A DNA stretch of 64,000 bases from NCBI GenBank assembly GCA_002772995.1, contig PFCO01000001.1:244-64243 (forward strand), read 5' to 3'. The DNA comes from Candidatus Niyogibacteria bacterium CG10_big_fil_rev_8_21_14_0_10_46_36. GTDB lineage: Bacteria > Patescibacteriota > Minisyncoccia > 1-14-0-10-42-19. The notes below the pieces were generated by a model. The model ran no database searches and had not been told where the DNA came from. It saw nothing but the letters and a program-made list of their open reading frames with translations. How positions within the stretch are numbered: position 1 is the first letter of the stretch; each line of letters starts with the position of its first letter. Positions 29,301 to 39,022 of this stretch are shown piece by piece. Position numbers and translations under genes: made by a program.

Positions 29301-30918
29301 TCTTTTTCACTGCTACCCGCAAAAATTCGCGGAATAAGGGATGGGGCTTGAGCGGACTTGATTTGAGTTCGGGATGAAACTGCGTCCCTACAAAAAATGG
29401 ATGATTCTTTATCTCTATAATTTCTACCAAATTGCGCTGAGGATTTGTGCCGGCGACCACCAGCCCCGCTTCTTCCAGGCGCTCCCGGAAATCATTGTTC
29501 ATTTCGTACCTATGGCGGTGGCGTTCAAAAATATTTTTTTCCTTGTACGCCCGAAAGCTTGTAGTCCCTTCTTTCAGCGCGCAGGGATACATCCCAAGAC
29601 GCATTGAGCCCCCATAGTCTTTGTTCTTTAGATTAACCTCCTGCTCAGGCATAGTCGCAATGACCGGATGCGGGGTTTGTGATTGAATCTCTGTTGTATG
29701 CGCTTTCCGCATGCCTCCGACATTGCGTGAAAATTCAATGACTGCGAGCTGCATGCCGTAACAGAGTCCAAGGTACGGGATATTGTGCGTACGCGCATAT
29801 CGGATTGCTTTTATTTTTCCTTCAATGCCACGTTTCCCAAAACCGCCCGGAACGACAATACCGTCAAATTTTTCGAGCTCACGCACACGAGCCGGTTTTT
29901 TTTCATACTCTTCGGTGTCTATCCAGTGTATTTCGGGTTTAAATCCAGACCGCCATGCTGCATGCTTAATCGCCTCAAGAACAGAAATATATGAATCGGA
30001 AAGCATAAAATTTCCCGTAGCAAAGTACTTCCCCGCAACCGCGATGCGGACCGTCTTTTTTATATTTTTAATACGCCGCACCAATGCCCGCCATTCACGC
30101 ATATTGCTTTGCCGCCGCTTTAAGCCGAATTTTGCAAGCACCCGCTTCCCAAGGTTATCCTTCTCAAAATTAATAGGAATCTCGTAAATGCTTTCAATGT
30201 CAGGGGCCGATACTACATCTTCTTCGTTGATGTTGCAGAATATCGCTATCTTTTGCTTCCGAGGCGCATCAATCGGATGGGCGGAACGCGCAAGTATCAT
30301 GTCCGGCTGGATACCGATACTATTGAGAATGCGTACCGCGTGCTGCGTGGGCTTCGTTTTCATCTCCCCTATCATTTTCGGCACCGGCAAATAACTTACC
30401 ATAATGAACATCACCTTATCCGGTGCTTTCAATTTCATCATACGGCCCGCTTCCAGGAATATGTTGTTTTGATACTCACCTACTGTGCCTCCCACCTCTA
30501 TCAGCACAAAATCAGCCTTTGTTTTGCGCGCTGCAAGTTCAATGCGTTCTGTTATCTCTCCGGTGATATGCGGGACCACTTCTACACATTTCCCGCCATA
30601 ATACATTGCCCGCTCCTTTGCGATGACTGATTGGTAAACCTGGCCTGTCGTCATATAGTTGTACCGGAACATCGGAGCGCCCAGAAACCGCTCATAATTC
30701 CCGATATCCTGATCACACTCCAAACCATCATCAGTCACAAAGACCTCACCGTGCTCTACGGGGTTCATGGTTCCTGCATCCACATTTAGATAGGGATCAA
30801 TTTTTATGGCTGTCACCGAAAAACCGTAGCTCTTGAGAATGTTACCGATGGATGCCGTTGCGACACCCTTACCGATGCCCGACATTACTCCGCCTAAAAC
30901 AAAAATATACCTGGCCAT
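29293..30918 (-). CDS. pyrG: CTP synthase
   Basis: N-terminal synthetase P-loop (VMSGIGKG), C-terminal glutamine amidotransferase with catalytic Cys (GLCYGMQ). Confidence 0.95.
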   Translation of the reverse strand: MARYIFVLGGVMSGIGKGVATASIGNILKSYGFSVTAIKIDPYLNVDAGTMNPVEHGEVFVTDDGLECDQDIGNYERFLGAPMFRYNYMTTGQVYQSVIAKERAMYYGGKCVEVVPHITGEITERIELAARKTKADFVLIEVGGTVGEYQNNIFLEAGRMMKLKAPDKVMFIMVSYLPVPKMIGEMKTKPTQHAVRILNSIGIQPDMILARSAHPIDAPRKQKIAIFCNINEEDVVSAPDIESIYEIPINFEKDNLGKRVLAKFGLKRRQSNMREWRALVRRIKNIKKTVRIAVAGKYFATGNFMLSDSYISVLEAIKHAAWRSGFKPEIHWIDTEEYEKKPARVRELEKFDGIVVPGGFGKRGIEGKIKAIRYARTHNIPYLGLCYGMQLAVIEFSRNVGGMRKAHTTEIQSQTPHPVIATMPEQEVNLKNKDYGGSMRLGMYPCALKEGTTSFRAYKEKNIFERHRHRYEMNNDFRERLEEAGLVVAGTNPQRNLVEIIEIKNHPFFVGTQFHPELKSSPLKPHPLFREFLRVAVKKKK

Positions 30919-30963
30919 AATATCTATGAACGAGTAAAAAGAAAAATGAATTGGTAAATAAAT

Positions 30964-31413
30964 TTATTCCTTCGCCGAAACTACTGTTACCGTAATCGTT
31001 GCCTCAGCGCTCCCGCGCTGTATACGAACCATATGCTTCCCCTCCTCCTTTATCGGTTCTTCAAGAAGGATATCTTCTTCAGCAATCGCAGAAAACCCTG
31101 CTTTGCTAATAGCGTCTACGATGTCCTTTGCATGCAGTTTTTTGAACAGTGCGCCCTTGTCGTTTGTCTTTGCAGTGATTTCTATTGATGCCTTTGCAAT
31201 CTCGCCAAGCGCCTCTTTTAACAATGTGGTGCTTTTCTCTAGTGTTGCTGCCTCTTCCTGCTTCTTCTGTTCAAGGGTCTTAAGCGCATTCGGCGTTGCC
31301 TCTACCGCAAGATGCTTCGGCAACAAAAAATTACGCGCATAGCCGCTTTTAACCTCCTTTACATCGTTTTTGTGCCCAACGCCGGGGACTTCGTTTAAAA
31401 ATATAACCTTCAT
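30964..31413 (-). CDS. rplI: 50S ribosomal protein L9
   Basis: [13 protein letters not shown]...GYARNFLLP typical bL9 N-domain. Confidence 0.9.
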   Translation of the reverse strand: MKVIFLNEVPGVGHKNDVKEVKSGYARNFLLPKHLAVEATPNALKTLEQKKQEEAATLEKSTTLLKEALGEIAKASIEITAKTNDKGALFKKLHAKDIVDAISKAGFSAIAEEDILLEEPIKEEGKHMVRIQRGSAEATITVTVVSAKE

Positions 31414-31439
31414 ATGTAATTATTCATTAATAATATGAT

Positions 31440-32693
31440 TTATTTGTCCTGCAGTATGTTTATTGCTTTTTCAAGCTGCTCATCAACACCCTGTTCGTCA
31501 TCCTCCTGTTCAACAACAATATCCGGATCAAGGCCATTGTCGGATATGGAGTGCCCATCCGGCGTCAGCCAACGGGCAATAGTCACCTTCAGCGCACTAT
31601 CTTGATCAAACGGGATGAGTTCCTGCACTGACCCTTTCCCGAATGTTTTTGTGCCAACCAAGGTTGCTACACCATGATCCTGCAATGCCCCTGCAAGAAT
31701 CTCTGAAGCCGACGCGGAGCCCTCGTTCACAAGAATTACTACCGATTTTCCTTCAAGCGTTTCATACCCCCGTGAACGATGTACCTGCTCCTCGCCTGAA
31801 CCAAAATCCTCGCGCACCACCACATCGCCAAGCGGCAAGAACCAACTTGATATATCAACCGCCGCTTCCAGGTATCCGCCCGGGTTGTTACGCAAATCAA
31901 GAATTAACTTTTGGCGCCCGGAAAGAATCATGTCGCGGACTGCAGCCCGGAACGCAGATGTTGAATTTTCAGAAAAACTAAAGAGCCGGATAATATAAAT
32001 ATCATCTCCTACGGTGTGCGCGGTTTTGTCGCCCGCTTCTTCGCCCTTGCTTACAATCTCGCGCGTATCAGTTTCAACAACAGGAATCTCAATGCGATCG
32101 CGCGTTACAGTTATCTTTACCGGCTCATCTTCGCCCTTCCGCAAAAGAGTAAGCACCACATCAGTCCCCTTCGGGCCCCGTATAAGCGTTACCGCTTCAT
32201 CAAGCGAAACACCGGCGGCAGACATGTCATCTATTTGTATTATCTGATCCCCCGCCTTAATCCCTGCGCGATCCGCAGGCGTCCCTTCCAGGGGAGCGAT
32301 GACCGTCAATAAGTCATTCCGCATACCTATCTCCATCCCCACCCCCTCAAAATCACCCCGTACGGAGCTCTGGAATAGCTCATTTTCGCGCGGAGGGAGA
32401 AAGACGGTATAGGGGTCGCCTACCGCGTCCACCATGCCCCGAATAGCGCCCCACACAAGATCCTGTGGATCTATGTCGTCTGAAGAAACATACTTACTTT
32501 TTAGCGTCGCCCATGTTTGCCAAAACAATGAAAAATCAACCGCATCAGTATTGCCACTGTTTTTGTTGTACACTTCGGTTACCGAATTGATTGCGGCATT
32601 CTGCTGCTTCCCCAAAACGAACCCAATACTAAAAACAGCGACTACGATAATCGCTCCTGCCGCCAGAGTGAATGTTTTACTCCGAAAAGACAT
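31440..32693 (-). CDS. Carboxyl-terminal processing protease (S41, CtpA/Prc family) with PDZ domain
   Basis: PDZ (GIKAGDQIIQIDD), catalytic Ser region ILVNEGSASASEILAGAL, N-terminal TM. Confidence 0.85.
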   Translation of the reverse strand: MSFRSKTFTLAAGAIIVVAVFSIGFVLGKQQNAAINSVTEVYNKNSGNTDAVDFSLFWQTWATLKSKYVSSDDIDPQDLVWGAIRGMVDAVGDPYTVFLPPRENELFQSSVRGDFEGVGMEIGMRNDLLTVIAPLEGTPADRAGIKAGDQIIQIDDMSAAGVSLDEAVTLIRGPKGTDVVLTLLRKGEDEPVKITVTRDRIEIPVVETDTREIVSKGEEAGDKTAHTVGDDIYIIRLFSFSENSTSAFRAAVRDMILSGRQKLILDLRNNPGGYLEAAVDISSWFLPLGDVVVREDFGSGEEQVHRSRGYETLEGKSVVILVNEGSASASEILAGALQDHGVATLVGTKTFGKGSVQELIPFDQDSALKVTIARWLTPDGHSISDNGLDPDIVVEQEDDEQGVDEQLEKAINILQDK

Positions 32694-32765
32694 ATTTTAT
32701 TCTAGTATCCCAAAAATATATCCTATGGTCAACTTGTGGAAAAAGGATAAAAATACCGCTACAAT

Positions 32766-34151
32766 ATGAACATGCCAGCCATACAAAAACTCACTTTGTA
32801 TAATACGCTTTCTCATAAAAAAGACCTGTTTCAGCCTCTCCATGGCCGTGATGTGGGGTATTACACCTGCGGACCGACTGTTTACCAATATGCTCATATC
32901 GGCAATCTCCGCACCTATATTTTTGAGGATATTCTCAAGCGGACGCTCGTTCTTTCCGGATACCGAGTAAAGCATATTATGAACATTACGGATGTGGGGC
33001 ATCTTACTTCCGACGAGGATACCGGGGAAGACAAGGTGGAAAAAGAAGCGACGCGTCAAAAGAAAACCGCGGAAGAACTTGCGCGTTTCTATGAAGACGC
33101 TTTTAAAAAAGACCTCAAGCTCCTGAATATTCTTTCGCCCGACGCATTCCCCCGCGCAACTGAACATATTGAAGAACAAATACGCCTTATCAAAACGTTA
33201 GAAAAAAAAGGATACGCATACAAAATATCAGATGGCGTATACTTTGATACGAAAAAATTCAAAGCATACGGGGCTCTTTGGAAAACGAAACCCGCCAATG
33301 CTCAAAAAAGCGAGCGCATCCAAACGGAAGAAAAAAAGAACGAACAAGATTTTGCGTTATGGAAATTTTCCAATCCTAGTGAAAAACGCCAGATGGAATG
33401 GGACTCGCCGTGGGGCAAAGGATTTCCTGGGTGGCACATAGAATGTTCTGCGATGAGTATGAAATATTTGGGTGAAGAATTCGATATCCACGCGGGCGGC
33501 ATTGATCATATCCCGGTGCATCATACAAATGAGCTAGCGCAGTCGGAAGCCGCAACCGGAAAGCAATTTGTGCGGTTTTGGCTTCATGGAAACTTTTTAC
33601 AGGTAGACGGCAAGCGTATGGGCAAGTCGGAAGGCAACCTGCTAACACTTGATGAGTTATACAAAAAAGGATTCCATGCGCTTGATTACCGCTACTTTGT
33701 AGTGGGAACGCACTACCGCTCTCCCCTCTTATTCTCGCTTGAAGCGCTTGCAGGGGCGCGCGCAGCACGGCACCGCATTGTCCAGCACATCCAAAAGCTT
33801 CTTCAAACGCATAAAAAGAAAGACAATCACGGATTCCGGAACGCATTCACAAAAGCCCTCGCGGACGACCTGAATACACCCCAAGCACTTGCAGCATTTT
33901 GGGACCATGCCGATACTGTCTCGCTCGCCGATATTCTTTGGGCAGACAAAATCTTAGGGCTCGGACTGCAGAGCATCAAGAAACCGAACCCGCCAAAAGA
34001 CATAAAAAAACTCGCACGGCAACGTGACGACCACAGGAAGAAAAAGGAATGGAAGAAAGCCGACGAACTCCGGGACACCATACAAAACCATGGCTGGCTC
34101 ATAGACGATACGCCACAGGGACCGGTATTCATCCAAAAGGAAATAAAATAG
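32766..34151 (+). CDS. cysS: Cysteinyl-tRNA synthetase
   Basis: HIGH (AHIGNLRTY), zinc-binding Cys (YTCGPT), KMSKS as RMGKSEGN. Confidence 0.9.
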   Translation: MNMPAIQKLTLYNTLSHKKDLFQPLHGRDVGYYTCGPTVYQYAHIGNLRTYIFEDILKRTLVLSGYRVKHIMNITDVGHLTSDEDTGEDKVEKEATRQKKTAEELARFYEDAFKKDLKLLNILSPDAFPRATEHIEEQIRLIKTLEKKGYAYKISDGVYFDTKKFKAYGALWKTKPANAQKSERIQTEEKKNEQDFALWKFSNPSEKRQMEWDSPWGKGFPGWHIECSAMSMKYLGEEFDIHAGGIDHIPVHHTNELAQSEAATGKQFVRFWLHGNFLQVDGKRMGKSEGNLLTLDELYKKGFHALDYRYFVVGTHYRSPLLFSLEALAGARAARHRIVQHIQKLLQTHKKKDNHGFRNAFTKALADDLNTPQALAAFWDHADTVSLADILWADKILGLGLQSIKKPNPPKDIKKLARQRDDHRKKKEWKKADELRDTIQNHGWLIDDTPQGPVFIQKEIK

Positions 34152-34170
34152 CGCAGACCCCGGGTCTGCG

Positions 34171-34854
34171 CTATTTTATAACCCGCCACTCTATATCTTT
34201 CTCGTCTCCGGCAAATTCCAGCCAATCCCCTCCTCCTCTTACCACAAACCAGCGTTGTTTGGTATCCGACCATACCATTGGGTGCCCATCATAGAATGGC
34301 TTTTTTACTATTTCCTTCGGCTTGAGACGATCAAGTTCAAGCCATTTTTTAAATATTGTTTCTATTGCGTAATCAAGCTTACGCGAATTTGCCCATGTCG
34401 CCACTTTATCTATCGCTTCTTTTGCTTTTTGAGTGGAGCCCGCAAGTTCAAGCAATTTTTTTGCGGGAGCGGTGTAGCGTGAGTATACTATCGCTTTTTT
34501 GCGTGCATTTTCTTTAAGCTCTTCAAGCGATATCCCTTTGCTTTTAAAAAAGTGCGCGATAATCTGGCGTATTGCTGTTTTGTCTTGAAGTTCTTTTTGA
34601 TACCGTATCGCATCTTTTTTAATGTATTCTTCTATTTTTTCCGCCGTGCTTTTTCCGATACCTTTCATTTTTTGTATCCCTTTTATGCCCTCCCGCTCAT
34701 AAACATCCGCAATATCTTCGGCCATCTCTTCAAGCGCGCGCGCCGCCTTTCGGTATGCGGCCGGCTTGAATTTCACTCCCTCTAATTCCAGAAGTTCAGC
34801 TATCTCGTGGAATATCTTTGCTATATGTATGTTTGTCTTTTTGTCTCCTGGCAT
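34171..34854 (-). CDS. Protein with N-terminal DNA polymerase X-family (Pol beta-like) 8-kDa/HhH domain fused to uncharacterised C-terminal domain
   Basis: N-terminus NIHIAKIFHEIAELLELEGVKFKPAAYRKAARALE...KGIGKSTAEKIEEY matches the lyase/HhH module of PolX; no palm/polymerase motifs downstream; ATG at 34854 chosen (ORF-track 5' extension runs through a terminator hairpin). Confidence 0.5.
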   Translation of the reverse strand: MPGDKKTNIHIAKIFHEIAELLELEGVKFKPAAYRKAARALEEMAEDIADVYEREGIKGIQKMKGIGKSTAEKIEEYIKKDAIRYQKELQDKTAIRQIIAHFFKSKGISLEELKENARKKAIVYSRYTAPAKKLLELAGSTQKAKEAIDKVATWANSRKLDYAIETIFKKWLELDRLKPKEIVKKPFYDGHPMVWSDTKQRWFVVRGGGDWLEFAGDEKDIEWRVIK

Positions 34855-34885
34855 ATTACTCTCATTATAAGACACAAAAACCTGC

Positions 34886-34914
34886 TCAAAAAGAAAAGAC
34901 CTGGTTACAGGTCT
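34886..34914 (-). terminator. Minus-strand rho-independent terminator (aagacctg/caggtctt) ending a transcript coming from the structured region upstream of def
   Basis: Stem-loop followed on minus strand by TTTTCTTTTT. Confidence 0.45.
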
Positions 34915-35340
34915 TTTAAAAAGAAGGGATGGGCTTGCAAGCCCTTGAAAGACTTCAATCCCTTGAGAATGAGAGCGCTCCCCCTCACGCGTGAGAAGAG
35001 ATCGTACATTCTCTTTATAGGCGGGGGTTTGCCGCCTGCGTGAACATATCTGTCTTTCATGCGGTCCCTTGCCCACACCGTTTGCTATAGTCCGGACTAT
35101 AGTGCACGCAAGACATGTTCCGCTTCGATCAATATACTGCCCCCCCTTATTTTCGAGCTCATGCGCTCAGGGTAAAGGACAGGGGTTGCCACGCATCCTT
35201 GCGAAAATGAGAGCCTCGACTCTTTTGTCGTCTCTGGCAAAAAGCCAGACGAGGGAAAGGATGCTAACTTATCTTTTCCCATTGTACATGTATATATTAT
35301 CTTGTCAAGAGTCCAATTCTATCGTAAAATATGAGAACAT

Positions 35341-35895
35341 ATGCCAATGAAATACAAAAAAAAAATAGTACTAGACCCCGACCCGGTGCTCCGTAAAAAA
35401 GCAGAGGAAGTCAAAAAGGAAGACATACGATCGCCAGACACACAATCCCTTATCCGCACCATGGCAGAAGTATTATTAGAAAGCGAAAATGGCGTGGGAC
35501 TCGCAGCCCCTCAAATTGGAGCACCTCTCCGCGTATTTATTGTGCTCAAAAAAGTCCTCACCTTAAGCGAAGAAAAGAAAGACCAGGAAGAAGCTCGAAA
35601 AAAAGACCCTCTTTCGGAGGTAGATATTTACATCAACCCAGAAATAAAGAACCGCTCCAAAACCACTATCATTATGGATGAAGGGTGTTTAAGCGTCCCG
35701 CGCATGTACGGAAAAATAAAACGCTTTGAAAAAGTAACGCTTCGTGCATATAACGAGCGCGGGGAATCTATGGAGCGCGGCGCCTCCGGCCTTCTTGCAG
35801 AAATCTTTCAGCATGAAGTGGACCACTTAAATGGCATCCTTTTTATAGATTCCGCAAAAGATGTGAAAGAATTTGCACCGCCAAAAGAAGAATGA
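35341..35895 (+). CDS. def: Peptide deformylase
   Basis: GVGLAAPQIG, EGCLSVP, QHEVDHLNG metal-binding motifs; promoter TTGTCA-N17-TAAAAT ends about 10 nt before ATG, suggesting leaderless or near-leaderless mRNA. Confidence 0.9.
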   Translation: MPMKYKKKIVLDPDPVLRKKAEEVKKEDIRSPDTQSLIRTMAEVLLESENGVGLAAPQIGAPLRVFIVLKKVLTLSEEKKDQEEARKKDPLSEVDIYINPEIKNRSKTTIIMDEGCLSVPRMYGKIKRFEKVTLRAYNERGESMERGASGLLAEIFQHEVDHLNGILFIDSAKDVKEFAPPKEE

Positions 35896-35899
35896 TCAT

Positions 35900-36829
35900 A
35901 TGATAAAAATAATATTTTTTGGGACATCATCCTTCGGGATACCTGCGCTTGAGATATTAGAAAAAGCGGGCATGGCGCCGCTTCTTATTGTCTCCACTCC
36001 CGATAAACCAAAAGGGCGCAAACTCCAACTCTCCCCTTCTCCCGTGAGAGTTTGGGCTGAAGAACATTCCATCCCTGTCATAACTCCAAGCACTCTAAAA
36101 GACAGGGACGCTGTGCACGCCATTCAAGAAAAACATGCTGATGTGTTTGTTGTCGCTTCTTACGGAAAGATAATCCCGAAAGAAATTTTAAATATACCGC
36201 CGAAGGGCACGATAAACATCCATCCCTCACTCTTGCCGCTTTTGCGCGGACCGAGCCCCATACAAACCGCAATACTGAAAAACGCAGAAACCGGCGCGAC
36301 CCTTATGCTTACCGACGAGGAAGTAGACCATGGGCCAATACTTGCCCAACAAGCGTTAGAAGCAAAAAATCTCTCATACCCGAAACTAGAGCAAGCGCTC
36401 GCGGAACTTGGCGCGCGCATGCTTGCAGACCTGCTCCCTGCCTGGGTAGCGGGAGAAATTACACCCAAAGAGCAGGACCACGAAAAAGCAACATATACCA
36501 AAAAGATTAAAAAAGAAGACGGGCATATTGATTGGAAAAAGTCTGGCGCTGCCATTGAGCGGGAGGTGCGGGCACTCAACCCATGGCCTGGGACATATAC
36601 ATTCACGGATGGAAAAACGCGCCTTATTATCACAAAAGCGCACATAGAAAACACAAGCGAGAAGCACCCGCCCGGGACTGTCATAAAAACAAAAAATGGC
36701 GATTTTGCAATCGCCGCGTCCGACACTATGCTTGTTATAGATTCTATAAAACCCGAAGGAAAGCAAAATATGACGGGCAAAGACTTCCTGCGGGGCAATT
36801 CGTTTCTATCTGGAGAAAAACTTACATAA
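35900..36829 (+). CDS. fmt: Methionyl-tRNA formyltransferase
   Basis: IIFFGTSSFGIP N-terminus, SLLP/HPSLLP catalytic region, C-terminal beta-barrel; ATG 4 nt after def stop. Confidence 0.9.
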   Translation: MIKIIFFGTSSFGIPALEILEKAGMAPLLIVSTPDKPKGRKLQLSPSPVRVWAEEHSIPVITPSTLKDRDAVHAIQEKHADVFVVASYGKIIPKEILNIPPKGTINIHPSLLPLLRGPSPIQTAILKNAETGATLMLTDEEVDHGPILAQQALEAKNLSYPKLEQALAELGARMLADLLPAWVAGEITPKEQDHEKATYTKKIKKEDGHIDWKKSGAAIEREVRALNPWPGTYTFTDGKTRLIITKAHIENTSEKHPPGTVIKTKNGDFAIAASDTMLVIDSIKPEGKQNMTGKDFLRGNSFLSGEKLT

Positions 36830-38084
36830 AATTTTTATATAGTTGCAAATGATCCTCCAGATGCCTGCTCATTAAAAAGTTCTGCTTTACGCGTGTTTTT
36901 GCAGACTTCCCAAGGCGCACATTTAATTTTTTGTTTCGTATCAATTCAACAATGCGCCCCGCGGCCTCCATCGGCGTATCAACTAAATATCCGTCCTTGC
37001 CGTTCCGTATTTGTTTTTTGATGCCACCAACATTCCCCGCAACGACCGCCTTTCCCTTCCACATGGCTTCGGTCACTGTGAGCCCGAACCCTTCTTTGAG
37101 AGATTTTTGCACCACAACATCCGCAGAAGTCTGTACGGCATTCACCAGCATTTCATTGGTAAATGTGCCGAGCGTTTTTGGATCAAAAAATACAACAATA
37201 TCGGGATCGCCTGATGCATGTTTTTTTACATGCTCAAAGACCTCATACGCTTCGGGGTCGTCTTGCGCTTCGGCAAAACCAACGAGTACCAGCTGAAGAT
37301 TTGGTATCTCGTTTTTTGCATGGTAGTACGCCTGTATCACGCCCAGGGGATCTTTCCATGGGTCAAACCGTGATATCTGGGTTATAAGGGGCCTGTCAGA
37401 ATGAACGCCAAATCCTTGCAGTATTTTGCAGCATAGCGTCTCATCTATATGGATATTTTTGGGCGTGAATGGGTCTATCGCGGGGAGAATGTACGCCTTT
37501 TTTGTACGCACACCGGGAATCGCAAATTCCTTCATACTAAATACGATACAGTCATATGCCCGTATATACGGTTTTAAAAAGGAGAGTATCTCTTGATTTG
37601 GATTTGAAAGATCAATATGCATCCGTGATATCATTACTCCCTCCCTAAAGTCGCGGATAAGCGCAAGCGGCTGAGGGTCGTGGATAATATAGATATCGGC
37701 CTTCTCCATGCCGCGTAGGTCAGATGCTATTTTTTTATTCACATTAAAATACATGCTCTTTTCGTTTTCAGATAATGAAAGCGGGGAGCTTTGAAGGGCA
37801 TTGTGTATCTTTTTAGTTACGACAAAAAACTCCGGGGGAGCATTCACCGTCCACCATTCGCTTTTCATGCCAATGTCCCGCTCTAATGGGACAAGACTTT
37901 TTAGAAGTTCGGCAACACCCCCGCCTTCGGGCGCCGTATTAATATGAACGACCCGCTTGCCCGCAAGGTGCTCCGCAGAGCGCCGTATCTCCTCGCGTTT
38001 TTTGAGAGAGAGAAACTGAAAGTAGTCTGAAAGTGACTTCTTCTCTACTTCACGAAAACGAAGAATAGAAGGAGACAATGCCAT
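36822..38084 (-). CDS. GT4-family glycosyltransferase, trehalose glycosyltransferring synthase (TreT)-like
   Basis: N-terminal HINTAPEGGGVAELL and C-terminal EGFGLTVTEAMWKGKAVV GT-B motifs; about 420 aa architecture typical of TreT-like enzymes. Confidence 0.6.
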   Translation of the reverse strand: MALSPSILRFREVEKKSLSDYFQFLSLKKREEIRRSAEHLAGKRVVHINTAPEGGGVAELLKSLVPLERDIGMKSEWWTVNAPPEFFVVTKKIHNALQSSPLSLSENEKSMYFNVNKKIASDLRGMEKADIYIIHDPQPLALIRDFREGVMISRMHIDLSNPNQEILSFLKPYIRAYDCIVFSMKEFAIPGVRTKKAYILPAIDPFTPKNIHIDETLCCKILQGFGVHSDRPLITQISRFDPWKDPLGVIQAYYHAKNEIPNLQLVLVGFAEAQDDPEAYEVFEHVKKHASGDPDIVVFFDPKTLGTFTNEMLVNAVQTSADVVVQKSLKEGFGLTVTEAMWKGKAVVAGNVGGIKKQIRNGKDGYLVDTPMEAAGRIVELIRNKKLNVRLGKSAKTRVKQNFLMSRHLEDHLQLYKNFM

Positions 38085-38096
38085 ACTACACATGTT

Positions 38097-38951
38097 CTAC
38101 GAATTGTATAACTTCTTTCCCAAATATATAAGAGCGCCCCACAGTCCTCCCTCATCTCCCAATTGCGCTTTTTCTAATTTTGGGAGAACGGGAAAAATTT
38201 GCATAATATGATTTAAATGATATTCTACCCGCTCAAGCGGAATACCTGGAGCTCCGGTAATCATAGAGCCGCCGAGTACGATAACTTCGGGCGACCAATG
38301 AACTATAGTGTTATTAAGCCCATATGCAAGAAAATGCGCAGCTTCATCCCATATGTTTAAGTCAGTAACCTCAAACGGCTTTTTGCGGAAGCGCTGTTCA
38401 AATGCTTTCCCTGAAATATACGACTCAAGATCGTGTCTGCCATCCTTGCTGCAAGAAGGGCAGAGAGCGCCCGATGCATCAATAATCTGATGCCCTGGCT
38501 CAAACCCGAATGCGCTCGCATCTATCCGTCCGTCGACAAAACGAGAGCCGCCAACGCCGGTACTTACCGTGAGATACACCACAATATCATGTCCGCGCCC
38601 GGCACCAAAGTACACTTCCCCAAGGCCGTTCATATTCGTGTCATTTTCAAGATGCACCGGTCCTTTTGCCGCTATTTCAAGTTCGCGCTTTAAGGGACGC
38701 GCCACCCAGGACGGCAAATTTGGAGCGGCTACCAAGCGCGTCCTGTCTTTGTTCAAAGGACCTGCGACACCTCCCGCAATCGCATCAAATGCCTTTCCTC
38801 CGCCCAGCTCGCCTGCGACCGTACCGAAAAGCGCTACCCCTTCTTCAAAGTTTTGAGGAGTAGGAACTACTTTTACATCAGAAAAACGCTTTCCGTCAGA
38901 AGAAGCAGCAAAACGCATTTTTGACCCGCCGATATCAAACAAAAGATACAT
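38097..38951 (-). CDS. ROK-family sugar kinase (glucokinase-like)
   Basis: N-terminal DIGGS ATP motif, ROK zinc motif CPSCSKDGRHDLESY (CxCGxxGCxE-like), ExGH (EPGHQII). Confidence 0.7.
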   Translation of the reverse strand: MYLLFDIGGSKMRFAASSDGKRFSDVKVVPTPQNFEEGVALFGTVAGELGGGKAFDAIAGGVAGPLNKDRTRLVAAPNLPSWVARPLKRELEIAAKGPVHLENDTNMNGLGEVYFGAGRGHDIVVYLTVSTGVGGSRFVDGRIDASAFGFEPGHQIIDASGALCPSCSKDGRHDLESYISGKAFEQRFRKKPFEVTDLNIWDEAAHFLAYGLNNTIVHWSPEVIVLGGSMITGAPGIPLERVEYHLNHIMQIFPVLPKLEKAQLGDEGGLWGALIYLGKKLYNS

Positions 38952-39022
38952 ATACCTTTATTATCTTGCTATATCAAAAAGAAATCAAACAAAAATCCCG
39001 CATGTCTGCGGGATATATTTGA

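Noticed and set aside
34855-35340. Assignment as RNase P RNA, tmRNA or SRP RNA
   Set aside because: Only partial look-alike motifs. The RNase P P4-like string is part of a perfect palindrome, and there is no tmRNA tag reading frame or T-loop and no SRP GGAA tetraloop helix. Left as an unassigned structured region.
35069-35350. 93-aa and 61-aa ORFs (35069-35350 +, 35097-35282 -) inside the structured non-coding region
   Set aside because: They overlap hairpins, palindromes and the def promoter, have no RBS, and are low-complexity. Judged non-coding.
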